In this document: piece by piece, positions 1-9,690 of the stretch
Position numbering within the stretch: the stretch's first letter is position 1
How the letters are laid out: every line of letters starts with the position of its first letter
DNA from: Pseudomonadota bacterium
Lineage (GTDB): Bacteria > UBA10199 > 2-02-FULL-44-16 > JAAZCA01
DNA: 29,991 nt
NCBI GenBank assembly: GCA_043798915.1
Contig: JAZDOG010000021.1
Span: forward strand, 1-29,991
Reading direction: 5' to 3'
Made by a program: the position numbers and the translations under genes
The notes under the pieces: model-generated
Databases searched by the model: none
Told to the model about the DNA's origin: nothing
Seen by the model: only the letters and a program-made list of their open reading frames with translations

Positions 1-139
1 GCAGGCCATCGCCATCTACCGAAGCTGCGCGACGCTATTATGAAGGAATTGAAAATCGATCGACATCAGGAAGTGAGGGAAGCAGCGTGACATCAAACCG
101 AACCGCTTTTCAAATTTCAACTAACTTTGGGATTGACCC
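1..139 (+). mobile_element. Right end of an IS256-family-like insertion sequence (transposase C-terminus 1-90 plus terminal repeat to about 139)
   Basis: Frame 1 reads AGHRHLPKLRDAIMKELKIDRHQEVREAA* (stop 88-90), like the G(Y/H)RHLPKLR.AL tail of IS256 transposases. It is followed by AAATTTCAACTAACTTTGGGATTGACCC, resembling IS256-type ends. Sequence switches abruptly to an HTH coding frame at 140. Confidence 0.65.
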
Positions 140-1204
140 GAGGCTTGGGAATCCGGTAAATTACAACCCAGTTTAGCACAAGCTCGGAAAGCGGCTCAGG
201 TTTATAAGTTTGCTCTGGCTGTTTTTTACTTACCTAAGCCACCGAAAGAAATGGATGTCTTACGCGATTTCCGCCAATTGCCCATTGGCCTGTCACGCGA
301 ATTTAGTCCAGAATTAGCTTTGCTAATTCGACAAGTTCAAATGCACCAGGAGTGGGTCAGGAATTATCTGGAAGATGAGGAAGCTGACAAACTTGGTTTT
401 GTAGGTTCGGTGCTAGCGAACGCAAGCCCAGTCAATATAGCAAACGACATACGTTTACGACTCGGGGTTTCACCGGGAGATCAAATTGGTTGTGGGGATA
501 TACGTGCCGCTCTCAATCTCTGGGTTAATGGAGCTGAAGATAGGGGTGTGTTCGTTTGTCGCCAAGGCAAGATCGAAATGGATGAAGCAAGAGGTTTTGC
601 GCTGTGTGATCCCTTCGCCCCTTTCATCTGGATAAACTCAAGTGATGCTCTCGCAGGCCAGTTGTTCACGTTAATCCATGAAATGGCGCATTTGTGGATA
701 AATAAATCCGGCGTATCCAATATTTATGGACTAGAAACGGCTAGTCGAGATCCTAATATGAAGATTGAGGCTCTTTGTAATAAGGTCGCTGCTGAAGTCC
801 TATTGGAACGTTCAGCATTCAATGAGATTTGGCAAGCAACAGAACGTGCGGCAGAATTGCAAGATCGGATTCAGACCACAGCCCGTAGGCTTAATGTGAG
901 TGAGGAATCCGTTGCACGGAGGCTGCTTGATACGGGGACGATAAGTAGCGAGACCTACTCTCGTCTCCGTCAAGAGTATGCCGAAAGGTGGAATGAATAT
1001 AAGAGACAAAGAGGCGGGGCTGATGGCGGACCGTCTTATTATTTAATGAAGGCAATTAACAATGGGCGATTATTTAGCCGCACTGTTGTTTCGGCTTATT
1101 TAAATGGGCGGCTATCTGGGTGTCAGGCATCCCATCTTCTTGGGGCCAAAATTGGGCACTTTGGGAAAATTGCTAGTTGCGCCGGATTGCCTCTCGCGGT
1201 CTAG
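140..1204 (+). pseudogene. XRE-HTH + ImmA/IrrE (Peptidase_M78/DUF955) metallopeptidase, 5'-truncated by the IS
   Basis: ORF 251-1204 has TLIHEMAHLW (HExxH) and IEALCNKVAAEVL. The frame extends upstream without a stop to 140 as EAWESGKLQPSLAQARKAAQVYKFALAVFYLPKPP, the second half of an XRE HTH, with no start codon. Confidence 0.8.
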
Positions 1205-1225
1205 AATAATGGAGAACGGAGAATA

Positions 1226-1708
1226 ATGATGAAGGTATACTGTCTCGACACGGGCGTGCTTGTTGAGCCGTGGACGAAATACTACTCAATGGGTAAGTGT
1301 CCTGACTATTGGGAGCTGATTGATCGACTTGCAAAAGAAGGTGCCATATTTTGTACGGAGGAAGTCTTGCGAGAAATTGAGAAGGTTGACGATGAATTAA
1401 AGGAATGGGTTCAAAAACACCCCCACCTTTTTAGAAAAATAAACGGTCCAGTGCAGCTACATGTCCGATCGATTCTGGAACGCTTCCCAGAAATGATGAA
1501 TCCAATAAAAGGTCGTTCAACAGCGGATCCGTGGGTTGTAGCACACGCATTAGCTGATGAGGCAATTGTTGTTACAACTGAGGGCCCAGCACCTAAAAAG
1601 ATTAAAATTCCTGATGTTTGCAACGCTTTTAATGTGAAGTGGATGGACGATCATAAATTCGTTGATGAAATCGGAATACGTTTCTCGGCAAGTTTCAAGC
1701 GCAAATAA
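1226..1708 (+). CDS. PIN-domain protein, DUF4411-like (putative toxin partner of the HTH-peptidase)
   Basis: YCLDTG, EEVLREI, ADPWVVAHA, IVVTTE and KIKIPDVCNAF motifs; GGAG RBS; 21 bp after the peptidase stop. Confidence 0.85.
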   Translation: MMKVYCLDTGVLVEPWTKYYSMGKCPDYWELIDRLAKEGAIFCTEEVLREIEKVDDELKEWVQKHPHLFRKINGPVQLHVRSILERFPEMMNPIKGRSTADPWVVAHALADEAIVVTTEGPAPKKIKIPDVCNAFNVKWMDDHKFVDEIGIRFSASFKRK

Positions 1709-1878
1709 GAGAGTAAAAATCTCGCATGACATGCCCATCCTTTACGGTGCAAAAGAAAGGGGTTTCCCGGGTTGTACGTAAGTAAATATATCGAGGTTCG
1801 CTTCCCCGACCGCTTACGATGCACAAGGGCGACCTGATGACCCTGTAAAATTGAAATGAAGAAATGAACGCTGCACCA

Positions 1879-2592
1879 TTAGTAGCGGATCGGATACATT
1901 CCACCTTCTCTTTGAATACGCGACAACCCCACCACTGTTGTGCTCCCGATCTCGGCCTTTACGTGCCAATGGTGATGTCCAAAAAAAACATAGCGAGGAG
2001 CTGTCTTTCTGATGAGCGCTCCAATTTCTGGCCGACCCAGATCCGCACCATCCCTGATAACAACACCATCGGGTGCCTCATGTGTTAGCAGGATGTCAAA
2101 CGGGGCCTTCTCGACCAGCGAATTGATGTGCGCCTCCGTGTAATGCTTGAGCTTGGCCTGAGAGAGTTTGTCCGACTCAAAGTGAAAATATTTCGGTGAA
2201 TAATTGCCTCCAAGTGAGCCAACGCGAACGACCTGGCTGCCGATATTGATGGAGACGACCTCGCCCTGCGGCAGAAGATGCAGCGAAGGAATGATCTCCT
2301 TCCCGGCGTACCGGTAAAAGAGCATGGCGTCATCGTGGTTGCCAAGTATGGCGTACGTCGGAATGGGCACTGAGCGCTGTTCTTTGAACCATTGAGGAAA
2401 TTCGCCGGGTCCCCCATGTCGATTAACCGCCTTATCTACCTGGCTGCTTTCTGAATAGATCTGAAGGTCGCCAACCTGGAGGATTGCCTCGATAGGTTCT
2501 TTGAGCTCGTCCTGCAGCTTAAGCGCCTGCTCGTAGAAAAAGCCGATTGCCCCATGGACGTCACCGGCTATTACAATGTAGGCCATAGTCAT
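1879..2592 (-). CDS. Calcineurin-like metallophosphoesterase (Dbr1-like layout)
   Basis: GDVHG, VGDLQ, GNHD, LLTHE and FFGHHH motifs. Start placed at ATG 2592 (or 2586) rather than 2649. Confidence 0.85.
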   Translation of the reverse strand: MTMAYIVIAGDVHGAIGFFYEQALKLQDELKEPIEAILQVGDLQIYSESSQVDKAVNRHGGPGEFPQWFKEQRSVPIPTYAILGNHDDAMLFYRYAGKEIIPSLHLLPQGEVVSINIGSQVVRVGSLGGNYSPKYFHFESDKLSQAKLKHYTEAHINSLVEKAPFDILLTHEAPDGVVIRDGADLGRPEIGALIRKTAPRYVFFGHHHWHVKAEIGSTTVVGLSRIQREGGMYPIRY

Positions 2593-2766
2593 TTTTAAGC
2601 GATGGTAACCAAAGGCGATTACAATGAGGCGATGGTCCGGGCAGCCCACACTGTGCTGCTCGAAGTCGTGCGCGTCCTCCGACGTTCAAAAGTGACTTAG
2701 GTTATTGAAATCCCTCATAAAGACTCGATATTCCTGAGCTCCCCAAGCTGCCCATGGCGATTTCTG

Positions 2767-4296
2767 TTAAGTATTTCTTTTGCCCCCTTTATTCACTGTT
2801 TTGGCAATGTCGGGTTTGTCGGGTTTATGGCGGGTTTCCCTTTTGATCACATAGTGCGTGGCACGTCCGGTAACACCCACCTTCTCAAGCACACCCTTCG
2901 CAATAAGCTCCTCAAAATCCCTGAGGGCGGTTCGATCAGTAACACCAGACACCTTTTTGTAGTCCTTGTTTGTAATCCGGCCGTGTTGCCTGACGAACGC
3001 CACGGCATTCCTTTGTCTGTCATTCAATATCAATTCATCCATGCGGGCATTCGTCAGCCAATCGCGCCAGATCGTTTGCACAAACTGGCCGCCATCCTGC
3101 CGAAACTCGGGGCTAGGTAACCCCGCCTGCTGGCATAAGGCGATCATATCCAGAATGCCGCTGCCAGCCTTTTCGGCATAGCGAACCAGGAACATCGGCT
3201 CGCAAATGAGGGGATTGCGGGGGATAGAGGCGTGGGGTTTCCTTAATCGCTCCACGGTCAACGGAGGGGGAAGCTCGCCGGGATTCCAAACCTCCAGTCG
3301 ATCGCTGAAAAGCATGACTTGAACGCTGGCATTGCTGGCGTAGTCACGGTGTGCCACAGCGTTGACAATGGCCTCGGCCACAGCATCACGGGGGAGCTCA
3401 TATTCGACAGGCGCTTCCGGTCCCTTGGCGCGCGTACCCACCATACGGGCGATCTTAGACATGACAAAGTCAACCGATTGCTCCACCAGATCGAAAACTG
3501 TGCCCTTGTAGATCTGGTAAGACGGGATCGGCTTGCGCACCTCGGTTCCATGGAAGTGCATGCATTTGACTTCGGACGTAAGCAGGAATCTCTGTGGATT
3601 TCGTCCGAACAACATAAGCGCGGCATTGGTTGGTTGACCGCCGTCGAACAAGTTGAGATGGGTGAGGACATCGACGCCCGGCGTGTTTTCATCCAAGACA
3701 AACTGGCGTTCCCGGCGGGCGCGGCTTACAAACCATCTCACTTTGTCTTCCGAGATGTCAGCGATGGTAGCGTCCGGACAAACGGAAGCATCAAATGGAC
3801 GTGTCCGCAAGGTTCCGGCCCGCTCCAAATGTTCAACCAAACTTGCGTACATATCTGCTGTAAGGTCAGAGCTACCTGTGAACCGACGACGAATGAGTTG
3901 CGCACCGGCTTTACGGATGAACAAAAGCATCTTCGGATGGCGCCCTTTGTCACCCGCCCCTTTGACGAAGATGAGTCGTACCTTGGCTTTGGCGGTTGCG
4001 CGGTCAAATTCTCTCTCGGTCGGTGAAACGCCTTCCCGATCAGCACTGCCGTATTCGTTGCCATAGAGCCCGACATAGACGCCACAACGGTCAACTTCAT
4101 CAAGATAGACGTCGTCCGCCTGGCGGTCTGACGCCGGCAGGTCTTCAAAAAGAAAGACATCGAAGAAGCGACGGAGCAACGGATCGCCTTGAATATAATC
4201 TTTCAGCGCGCGGCGTTCCTCCTGCAATTCCTTTTGCACACTGCTGATAAAAATAGTGGTTTTCCTTGTTGAGTTCATACTTGTTTGCGTCTCCAA
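2767..4296 (-). CDS. DUF4062 domain + GHKL-like (HATPase_c_4, 'RecG C-terminal') + winged-HTH protein
   Basis: N-terminal IFISSVQKELQEERRAL...SPTEREFDRA (DUF4062); EAIVNAVAHRDY, WNPG, RNPLI and EKAGSG; C-terminal ITNKDY...TALRDFEEL wHTH. Start may be ATG 4278. Confidence 0.85.
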   Translation of the reverse strand: METQTSMNSTRKTTIFISSVQKELQEERRALKDYIQGDPLLRRFFDVFLFEDLPASDRQADDVYLDEVDRCGVYVGLYGNEYGSADREGVSPTEREFDRATAKAKVRLIFVKGAGDKGRHPKMLLFIRKAGAQLIRRRFTGSSDLTADMYASLVEHLERAGTLRTRPFDASVCPDATIADISEDKVRWFVSRARRERQFVLDENTPGVDVLTHLNLFDGGQPTNAALMLFGRNPQRFLLTSEVKCMHFHGTEVRKPIPSYQIYKGTVFDLVEQSVDFVMSKIARMVGTRAKGPEAPVEYELPRDAVAEAIVNAVAHRDYASNASVQVMLFSDRLEVWNPGELPPPLTVERLRKPHASIPRNPLICEPMFLVRYAEKAGSGILDMIALCQQAGLPSPEFRQDGGQFVQTIWRDWLTNARMDELILNDRQRNAVAFVRQHGRITNKDYKKVSGVTDRTALRDFEELIAKGVLEKVGVTGRATHYVIKRETRHKPDKPDIAKTVNKGGKRNT

Positions 4297-4745
4297 TTTT
4301 CTAAAAATATTTCCTAAGTTCCTCTATCATCCCACCGCTCGCCTTTGTCGGGCCCGATGCGGCGGACATTGCCCTCTTTATTACCCTTATTCGGCGATAT
4401 CATTACCCCTTTTTCACCACGAAGCACCTAGCACCTGCAAGACCGCATTAAACAGTTGTTTCTTATTACGAATCGCTCGATATGGCAACATACCATTGTT
4501 GACATATACGGGCATCAGATGTTCAAAAGGCCTTATGAAATCGATGGATGGCAGCAACTCCAATTTCAGCGAGGAAATCCGTAACCTCGAAAAATGGAGA
4601 ACTTAAAAAGGAGCCAAAATGAAAAAGAAGATCGGCTGGCATGATATTTGTCCAACACGCAATACTGCTCATCTTGGTTTGAACACCGCCTTCAGCTTAC
4701 CTGCGCGAAATTTATCGTAGCCCATTATGTGGTCGCCGGCTTCCG

Positions 4746-4765
4746 TGGGTCCAACTTTGGGTCCA
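4746..4765 (+). repeat. Tandem direct repeat TGGGTCCA x2 (possible integrase arm-type sites)
   Basis: TGGGTCCA at 4746-4753 and 4758-4765, about 115 bp inside the att-like tRNA fragment. Confidence 0.45.
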
Positions 4766-4880
4766 CACGACTCCGATTTGTCCCGTTTTTGCCCGTTTTC
4801 CTCCGACGTCCAAAGGCGGTCTAACAATTTGTAATCGTTGACAATTAATTGATTTAACTGTACTTACTGAAACTGACCCG

Positions 4881-4923
4881 GATCGCAACGTGGGGGTCGA
4901 GGGTTCGAATCCCTTGTGCTCCA
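4881..4923 (+). mobile_element. att site: 3' half of tRNA-Ala(CGC), marking the right end of an integrated element
   Basis: G-ATCGCAA-CGTGG-GGGTC-GAGGG-TTCGAAT-CCCTT-GTGCTCC-A gives anticodon loop (CGC), variable loop, T arm and acceptor 3' strand with U70/A73 (Ala). No D arm or 5' acceptor strand lies upstream. Base composition shifts here. Confidence 0.8.
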
Positions 4924-4978
4924 CTGACCCCGCGTCTTCTTTTTGTCTATTGATCAAGTCTGGGTTGTCGAAGCGGCG

Positions 4979-5794
4979 TCACTTTACCCCGAACATCTGG
5001 AAGACGAAGAGGACGATCTCGACGGCGATCAGGACGATGATAGCCCATTCGAGGTAGTTCGCGTTGCGGTTTTGCAGAAGCTCGGAGATGAGTTCCAGGC
5101 TCTCCTGCGTCATCCTGAGCTTGTAGTCGAGCGTCTTGTAGCGGTCCTTCAGTTCGAACATGTCCACGGCATCCCGGTAGAGACCGTCCAGGAGCTGGTC
5201 GTTCCATATCTCGTCGGGCTTATCGAGGAGATAGAGGGAGGAGACCAGATCCTGCTTCGTCGTGATGCAATGGCCGATGAAGCGCTTGATGTCGCCGGCC
5301 GAGCGGGCCAGCCGCCCCTTCTGTTTCAAGACCTCGCCTATGCTGCCCATCTGCTTTAAAAGATCCTCGACCTTGATCTCGAAATATTCGAGCGCCGTGG
5401 ACTGCGCGAGGATGAGGGCCAGAAGGTCGATGCGATCGAGCGCCAGCTTGTCGAGTATGGCGCGCTCGAAGCCGACCGAACCCTTCTCGCCCGGCCGGAC
5501 CTCGATGCCGAACTCCTCGCTCGTGAGCATCTCCGGCTTATGCCCTACGAGCATGCGGATGCGCTCTATGATCGAGGTCTGGCGCGCCGGCTCTACGTTG
5601 AAGAAGATGATCGATCCGAACCTGTAGACGAAGAAGTAGCGATCCTCGCCCTCCTGATAGATGAGCTTTGTCGCCGACTGGCTCTTCGCCGGGATATCGA
5701 AGAGGCGGTCGATGTCCTTGAGCTTCAAGGTCTCGGTCAGGTGGTAGGCGTGAAAGGCGTAGCGATTTGCGAAATCGAGCTGTTTATCGGGCAT
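4979..5794 (-). CDS. RMD1/DUF155 family protein
   Basis: FVYRFGSIIFFN, LAQSTALEYFE, LDKPDEIW, FELKDR...LDYKL and LEWAIIVLIAVEI. Start ATG 5794 follows GAGGGAG. Confidence 0.9.
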   Translation of the reverse strand: MPDKQLDFANRYAFHAYHLTETLKLKDIDRLFDIPAKSQSATKLIYQEGEDRYFFVYRFGSIIFFNVEPARQTSIIERIRMLVGHKPEMLTSEEFGIEVRPGEKGSVGFERAILDKLALDRIDLLALILAQSTALEYFEIKVEDLLKQMGSIGEVLKQKGRLARSAGDIKRFIGHCITTKQDLVSSLYLLDKPDEIWNDQLLDGLYRDAVDMFELKDRYKTLDYKLRMTQESLELISELLQNRNANYLEWAIIVLIAVEIVLFVFQMFGVK

Positions 5795-5877
5795 GGCTCT
5801 CTCCCTCAGTGCCCTAATATCGCTTGCGGCATCGCGTGGCAAGTGGTTATGCTTCCGTCCAAACAAGGGGGGAATGC

Positions 5878-7260
5878 ATGATCCTTTCAGAGCGCGGGGC
5901 GATCAACTCGGCATTGGCCGATGGAGGTTTCAGCCTTTATCCGGCAGGCAGGCTTCTGGAGGTCATCAGGGCCGGGCTGCCTGGGGATGAGCTGTGCGGC
6001 AATTTCGATCCGGCGGCGACCGCTGAAAAGATCTGCCGCGTCCCCGGGCCCGAGGGCGCGCTCGCGCGCAGGGCGTGGGAGAGGGACCGCGCGCTTCTCT
6101 GCGAGAGGCTCAAGGGGATGAGGGCCGAATACGACATCGATACAATTTTCGACAAAATGATGGAGGTGGTGCCCCAGATGGCGAAGCGCTACTACGGGAT
6201 CGATGGCTTTGAGGCGCCGCGCCCCAAGGTCGTCGAGTACTATTTCGAGGGCTTCAATGAGATGTACAAGGACAGCGACTGGACCGCGTTCAACGTGAAC
6301 CGCGCCGAATCGCACGAGCTCTCCGTCCCGGTCGGCACCTATTTCAAAAGGGACCAGGTCTCGCCGGGCATGCCAGAGTTCGTATCGCTCCATGAGGCCA
6401 ACCACGCGATGCAGGATGCGGCGATGCAGCCGGAGGGTTTCCTCCACTATGTCCCGTGGCTGGACGAGGGGCTGGCCGACGCCTTCGGGCGGATGATGCT
6501 CTTCCGAGCGACCGGCGATGAGGAGATCATCGGCAAGCTGAAGGGCTTCAGGACGGAGGTGGAGGTCACCGATTCGCGCAAGGTGACGTATCATTACGGC
6601 GAGCAGACCGCGATCCTCCTTCTCCAGAGGGGTAGGCTGCCGTTCGTGAAGGCGCTCATGCGCGAGAGAAAGCACGATCCGTTTTCGATCGACTGGAACG
6701 CATTTGCCCTGAAGATCAGGTCCGGATGGGACCCGCACATCGCGGTCGTCTCTTCATATCTGGGCGCCAAGTCCGACGCATTCCGAAAGCGCATGGAGCG
6801 CGAGGAGACCGCGTTCCGCAAGGACGCCGACTTCGATCAGTCGGACATGCGCATCCTCGCGATGTTCCTTGCGACTCAAGGCCCGGCCTGCATCCCGATC
6901 GACGAGCACAGCGCCGCCGCATGGATCGCGGCTGAGGCGGCCCGGCGTCCGAGCATGCACTTCGTCGATCCGATGGCGATACCGGCCTCCGATCGCGAAA
7001 AGATAAACGGCTGGAAGGAGGATGCGCCGTTCCCCGCGTCCTCGGTTCCGGATGCGATATGGAAGAAGACGCCGGAGCTCGACATGAAAGTGCTCATAAG
7101 GGCGGAGGACGTCCCGCCGGAGTTCAAGGACGGCGTCGACAAGATCGCCTCGAAATATTTTGTGATCAAGAGAAAGATCGGCGAGACCGTCGTCTTCGAG
7201 CCGTACGGCGGCGGGCTTCCGTATCGCCTCGGCACGGGTGAAATTAGATGCTCTTACTGA
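5878..7260 (+). CDS. Hypothetical protein with gluzincin-like motif
   Basis: Long ORF with host-like codon usage; SLHEANH followed by WLDEGLAD. ATG 5878 preferred over 5824. Confidence 0.7.
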   Translation: MILSERGAINSALADGGFSLYPAGRLLEVIRAGLPGDELCGNFDPAATAEKICRVPGPEGALARRAWERDRALLCERLKGMRAEYDIDTIFDKMMEVVPQMAKRYYGIDGFEAPRPKVVEYYFEGFNEMYKDSDWTAFNVNRAESHELSVPVGTYFKRDQVSPGMPEFVSLHEANHAMQDAAMQPEGFLHYVPWLDEGLADAFGRMMLFRATGDEEIIGKLKGFRTEVEVTDSRKVTYHYGEQTAILLLQRGRLPFVKALMRERKHDPFSIDWNAFALKIRSGWDPHIAVVSSYLGAKSDAFRKRMEREETAFRKDADFDQSDMRILAMFLATQGPACIPIDEHSAAAWIAAEAARRPSMHFVDPMAIPASDREKINGWKEDAPFPASSVPDAIWKKTPELDMKVLIRAEDVPPEFKDGVDKIASKYFVIKRKIGETVVFEPYGGGLPYRLGTGEIRCSY

Positions 7261-7264
7261 TGCA

Positions 7265-7771
7265 TTACGGCGCTGGCGTGAAGGTGTATTCGATCCTCTT
7301 TCTCACGGCGGCCTTGGGGTCCGATGCCTTGGCAGGATCGACGCCCCACACGCTGTAGATGATGTTCTTGCCCTTTGTCTCGATGCGCCAGTATGTGCGG
7401 CGGTCGGCGCCGCCGTCGCATCCCTTGGTCGCATCGGCCGCGCAGTCGATAAAATAGCCCTCGACGCCCTCCCTCACCTCCAGCGTCGCTCCGTATTTCG
7501 AGACCTCCTTGCCCTTTTCATTCAGATCGCGCTGCACGAGATGGTTTCCAGCGAGCTCCCACATCTCTTCGGTCTTCGCCGAGGGGCTCTTGAAGCGCAT
7601 GTTGCAGGCGTCCTTCTGCTTCGTCACGACGAGCGTTACCTCTTTGCCGTGCAGCGCCTCGTTTGCCGACCAGGTCTTTCCGGCATAGCGGCCGGGCACG
7701 CATTCCAGGGCCGAAAGCGGCGCTGGATGCGCCGTCGCAATTATCGACAGGGCCAGGAGTATGCCTGTCAT
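7265..7771 (-). CDS. Secreted hypothetical protein
   Basis: Signal-peptide-like N-terminus, 4 Cys, ATGA overlap with the upstream phosphoesterase. Confidence 0.75.
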   Translation of the reverse strand: MTGILLALSIIATAHPAPLSALECVPGRYAGKTWSANEALHGKEVTLVVTKQKDACNMRFKSPSAKTEEMWELAGNHLVQRDLNEKGKEVSKYGATLEVREGVEGYFIDCAADATKGCDGGADRRTYWRIETKGKNIIYSVWGVDPAKASDPKAAVRKRIEYTFTPAP

Positions 7772-8628
7772 CGTCTGTTTCCTATCAGAAATTCATCCCT
7801 CATCACGCCATCGCGGTCGATGACCTTGGCCTCGATGCGCGGCCCGTCCACATCCACGAACATGAGATTGTTGAACGACTCGCGCCCGTAGAGCGGGGCC
7901 CCGGCCCCGCCGGTGATGATGTAGGCCACGCCGTCCTTCTCGATGTGGTTGAACGTGTGCACGTGGCCCGCGAATACGGCCGTCACCTTCTTCGCCACGA
8001 AAAGATCGTGCAGGCGATCGCGGTCCTCCGGATATCGGTCGAGGCTCTCGCCGCTGTGCGTGAGGTGTTCCGGCACGAAGAGCGGGTGGTGCAGGAATAC
8101 GAACTGGTGTTCGTAGCGGCCGGGGTCGAGCACGCCCCTCAGCCACTCGAATTGTTTCCCGGCGATCTTTCTGTCGTCCTTCGGCTCGACGGAATCGAGC
8201 ACCACGAAGAGGTTTTTTCCCACCGCGAAGCTGTAATATAATTCATTGCCGGGGAGATCGACCTCCTCCTGCCAAATCTTTTCGCTCTTGGCGTCGTCTA
8301 TGTCGTGGTTGCCGGCCGTGAGGAAGTAGGGCGCCGTGATCGGTTTCGAAAGCTCCCAGAAGTGACTCCATTCGTCGCGGTTCCCTGGGTTGGGGATGAT
8401 ATCTCCGGTGTTGATGACGAAGAGTGGCTTTCTGGCCTCCAGCCGGTCCATTATCTTCTTGTAGACGCGGTCGCCCGAGCGGTTGTCGCCCATGGCCGTG
8501 AACATGAACGGGCCCCGGACCGCCGAGAGGCGGGCGAGCGTCTCCTTCATGGCCTTGGATTCTGCGTAGGAGGAGGCCGCCAGGGCGATTGTGACGGCGA
8601 TGGACAGCAAACAGAGGATACGCTTCAT
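7768..8628 (-). CDS. Secreted metallophosphoesterase (purple acid phosphatase/CpdA-like)
   Basis: Signal peptide; MGDNR, NTGDI, AGNHD, FLHHP and AGHVH motifs. Confidence 0.9.
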   Translation of the reverse strand: MKRILCLLSIAVTIALAASSYAESKAMKETLARLSAVRGPFMFTAMGDNRSGDRVYKKIMDRLEARKPLFVINTGDIIPNPGNRDEWSHFWELSKPITAPYFLTAGNHDIDDAKSEKIWQEEVDLPGNELYYSFAVGKNLFVVLDSVEPKDDRKIAGKQFEWLRGVLDPGRYEHQFVFLHHPLFVPEHLTHSGESLDRYPEDRDRLHDLFVAKKVTAVFAGHVHTFNHIEKDGVAYIITGGAGAPLYGRESFNNLMFVDVDGPRIEAKVIDRDGVMRDEFLIGNRR

Positions 8629-8710
8629 AATTGAAGCGTCTCATGAGCCAAAAACATTGCAATGTTTATTTCAGATGTTAGACCTTCGCCGTTCCTGAAG
8701 AGGGGGGGGT

Positions 8711-9679
8711 ATGCGCAGAGCGCTGGCTATATCTTTGGTCTCTTTGTTGATCGTGGCATTTACGCAGACATCATGCGATTTCAGAAGGGGCGAGCCCGGC
8801 ACGAAGAGCAATCCGATCAGGCTCTTCTTCATGCCGCTCAAGGGCGGCGATGCCTTCGCAAAAAACGCGCCGATCATCCAGAAATTTCTGGAGCAGGACA
8901 CGGGCCTCGCCATCAAACCGATAGCCGCGCCTGATTTCCTGACGATCGTCAAGGCATTCGGCAACCGTCAGGCCGACGTGGCGTTCACGAATACCCTGGG
9001 CTATCTCATGGCGCACGACTTGGCCAAGGCCGAACCCCGGCTTCTCCTCGTCTACGGCGACGTCTACAGGGCATACCGGGGGGAGATAATCTCGGTGGTC
9101 GGCGGCCCGATCAATTCACCGGAGGATATTTCGGGCAAGTCGATCGCGTTTTCCGACCCCTTCTCTGCTAGCGGCTATCTCTACGCGCTCAAGTTTTTGA
9201 ACGATCGCAGCATAAAGCCGTCAAAGATAATCTTCGCCGGAGGCCACAGGGACGCGGTCGAGATGCTTTACAAGGGCCAGGTGGATGCGGCGGCCACATA
9301 TCATGAGCGGCCATCACCTTCGGGGCAGGAGCTCGATGCCCGCGCGGAGCTGCTCATCCAGCATCCCGATATCATGTCGAAGCTCAAGGTCGTGGCGCTC
9401 ACCGACGAGATACCGTCTGGGCCGGTGGCGTTTCGCCATGATCTGCCACAGCAGGTCAAGGCAAAGCTCGTCGCGGGGCTGGTTGAATTTTCAAGGACTC
9501 AGGAAGGTCGAAGGGTCTTGGGCGATCTCTACAACGCCACGGGCTTCGCATTTGCGGACGAGGCGGATTACGACGGCGTGCGAGGGGTCCTCAAAAAGCT
9601 CGGCAAGTCGGTAGCGGAGGTCGTGCCCGGCGGGATCACTTATTACAACACGAACATAAGCCCCCTGCTGTCGAATTGA
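8711..9679 (+). CDS. Phosphate/phosphite/phosphonate ABC-type substrate-binding protein (PhnD-like), probable lipoprotein
   Basis: Signal ending TSC; AFSDPFSASGYLY, GGHRDAV..L..GQVDAAA and IPSGPVAFRHDL. Confidence 0.85.
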   Translation: MRRALAISLVSLLIVAFTQTSCDFRRGEPGTKSNPIRLFFMPLKGGDAFAKNAPIIQKFLEQDTGLAIKPIAAPDFLTIVKAFGNRQADVAFTNTLGYLMAHDLAKAEPRLLLVYGDVYRAYRGEIISVVGGPINSPEDISGKSIAFSDPFSASGYLYALKFLNDRSIKPSKIIFAGGHRDAVEMLYKGQVDAAATYHERPSPSGQELDARAELLIQHPDIMSKLKVVALTDEIPSGPVAFRHDLPQQVKAKLVAGLVEFSRTQEGRRVLGDLYNATGFAFADEADYDGVRGVLKKLGKSVAEVVPGGITYYNTNISPLLSN

Positions 9680-9690
9680 ACCAGATATTC

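Noticed and set aside
4619..4720. 33-codon ORF with AAGGAG RBS (MKKKIGWHDICP...)
   Set aside because: Too short and unrecognised; probably a remnant at the island edge.
4850..4925. Intact tRNA gene
   Set aside because: No 5' acceptor strand, D arm or matching 5' anticodon stem; only the 3' half is present.
4712..4957. 81-aa minus-strand ORF
   Set aside because: Antisense reading of the tRNA fragment (GFEPSTPTL is a typical tRNA shadow translation).
5887..6738. 283-aa minus-strand ORF
   Set aside because: Antisense to the better-supported gluzincin-motif gene; no recognisable motifs.
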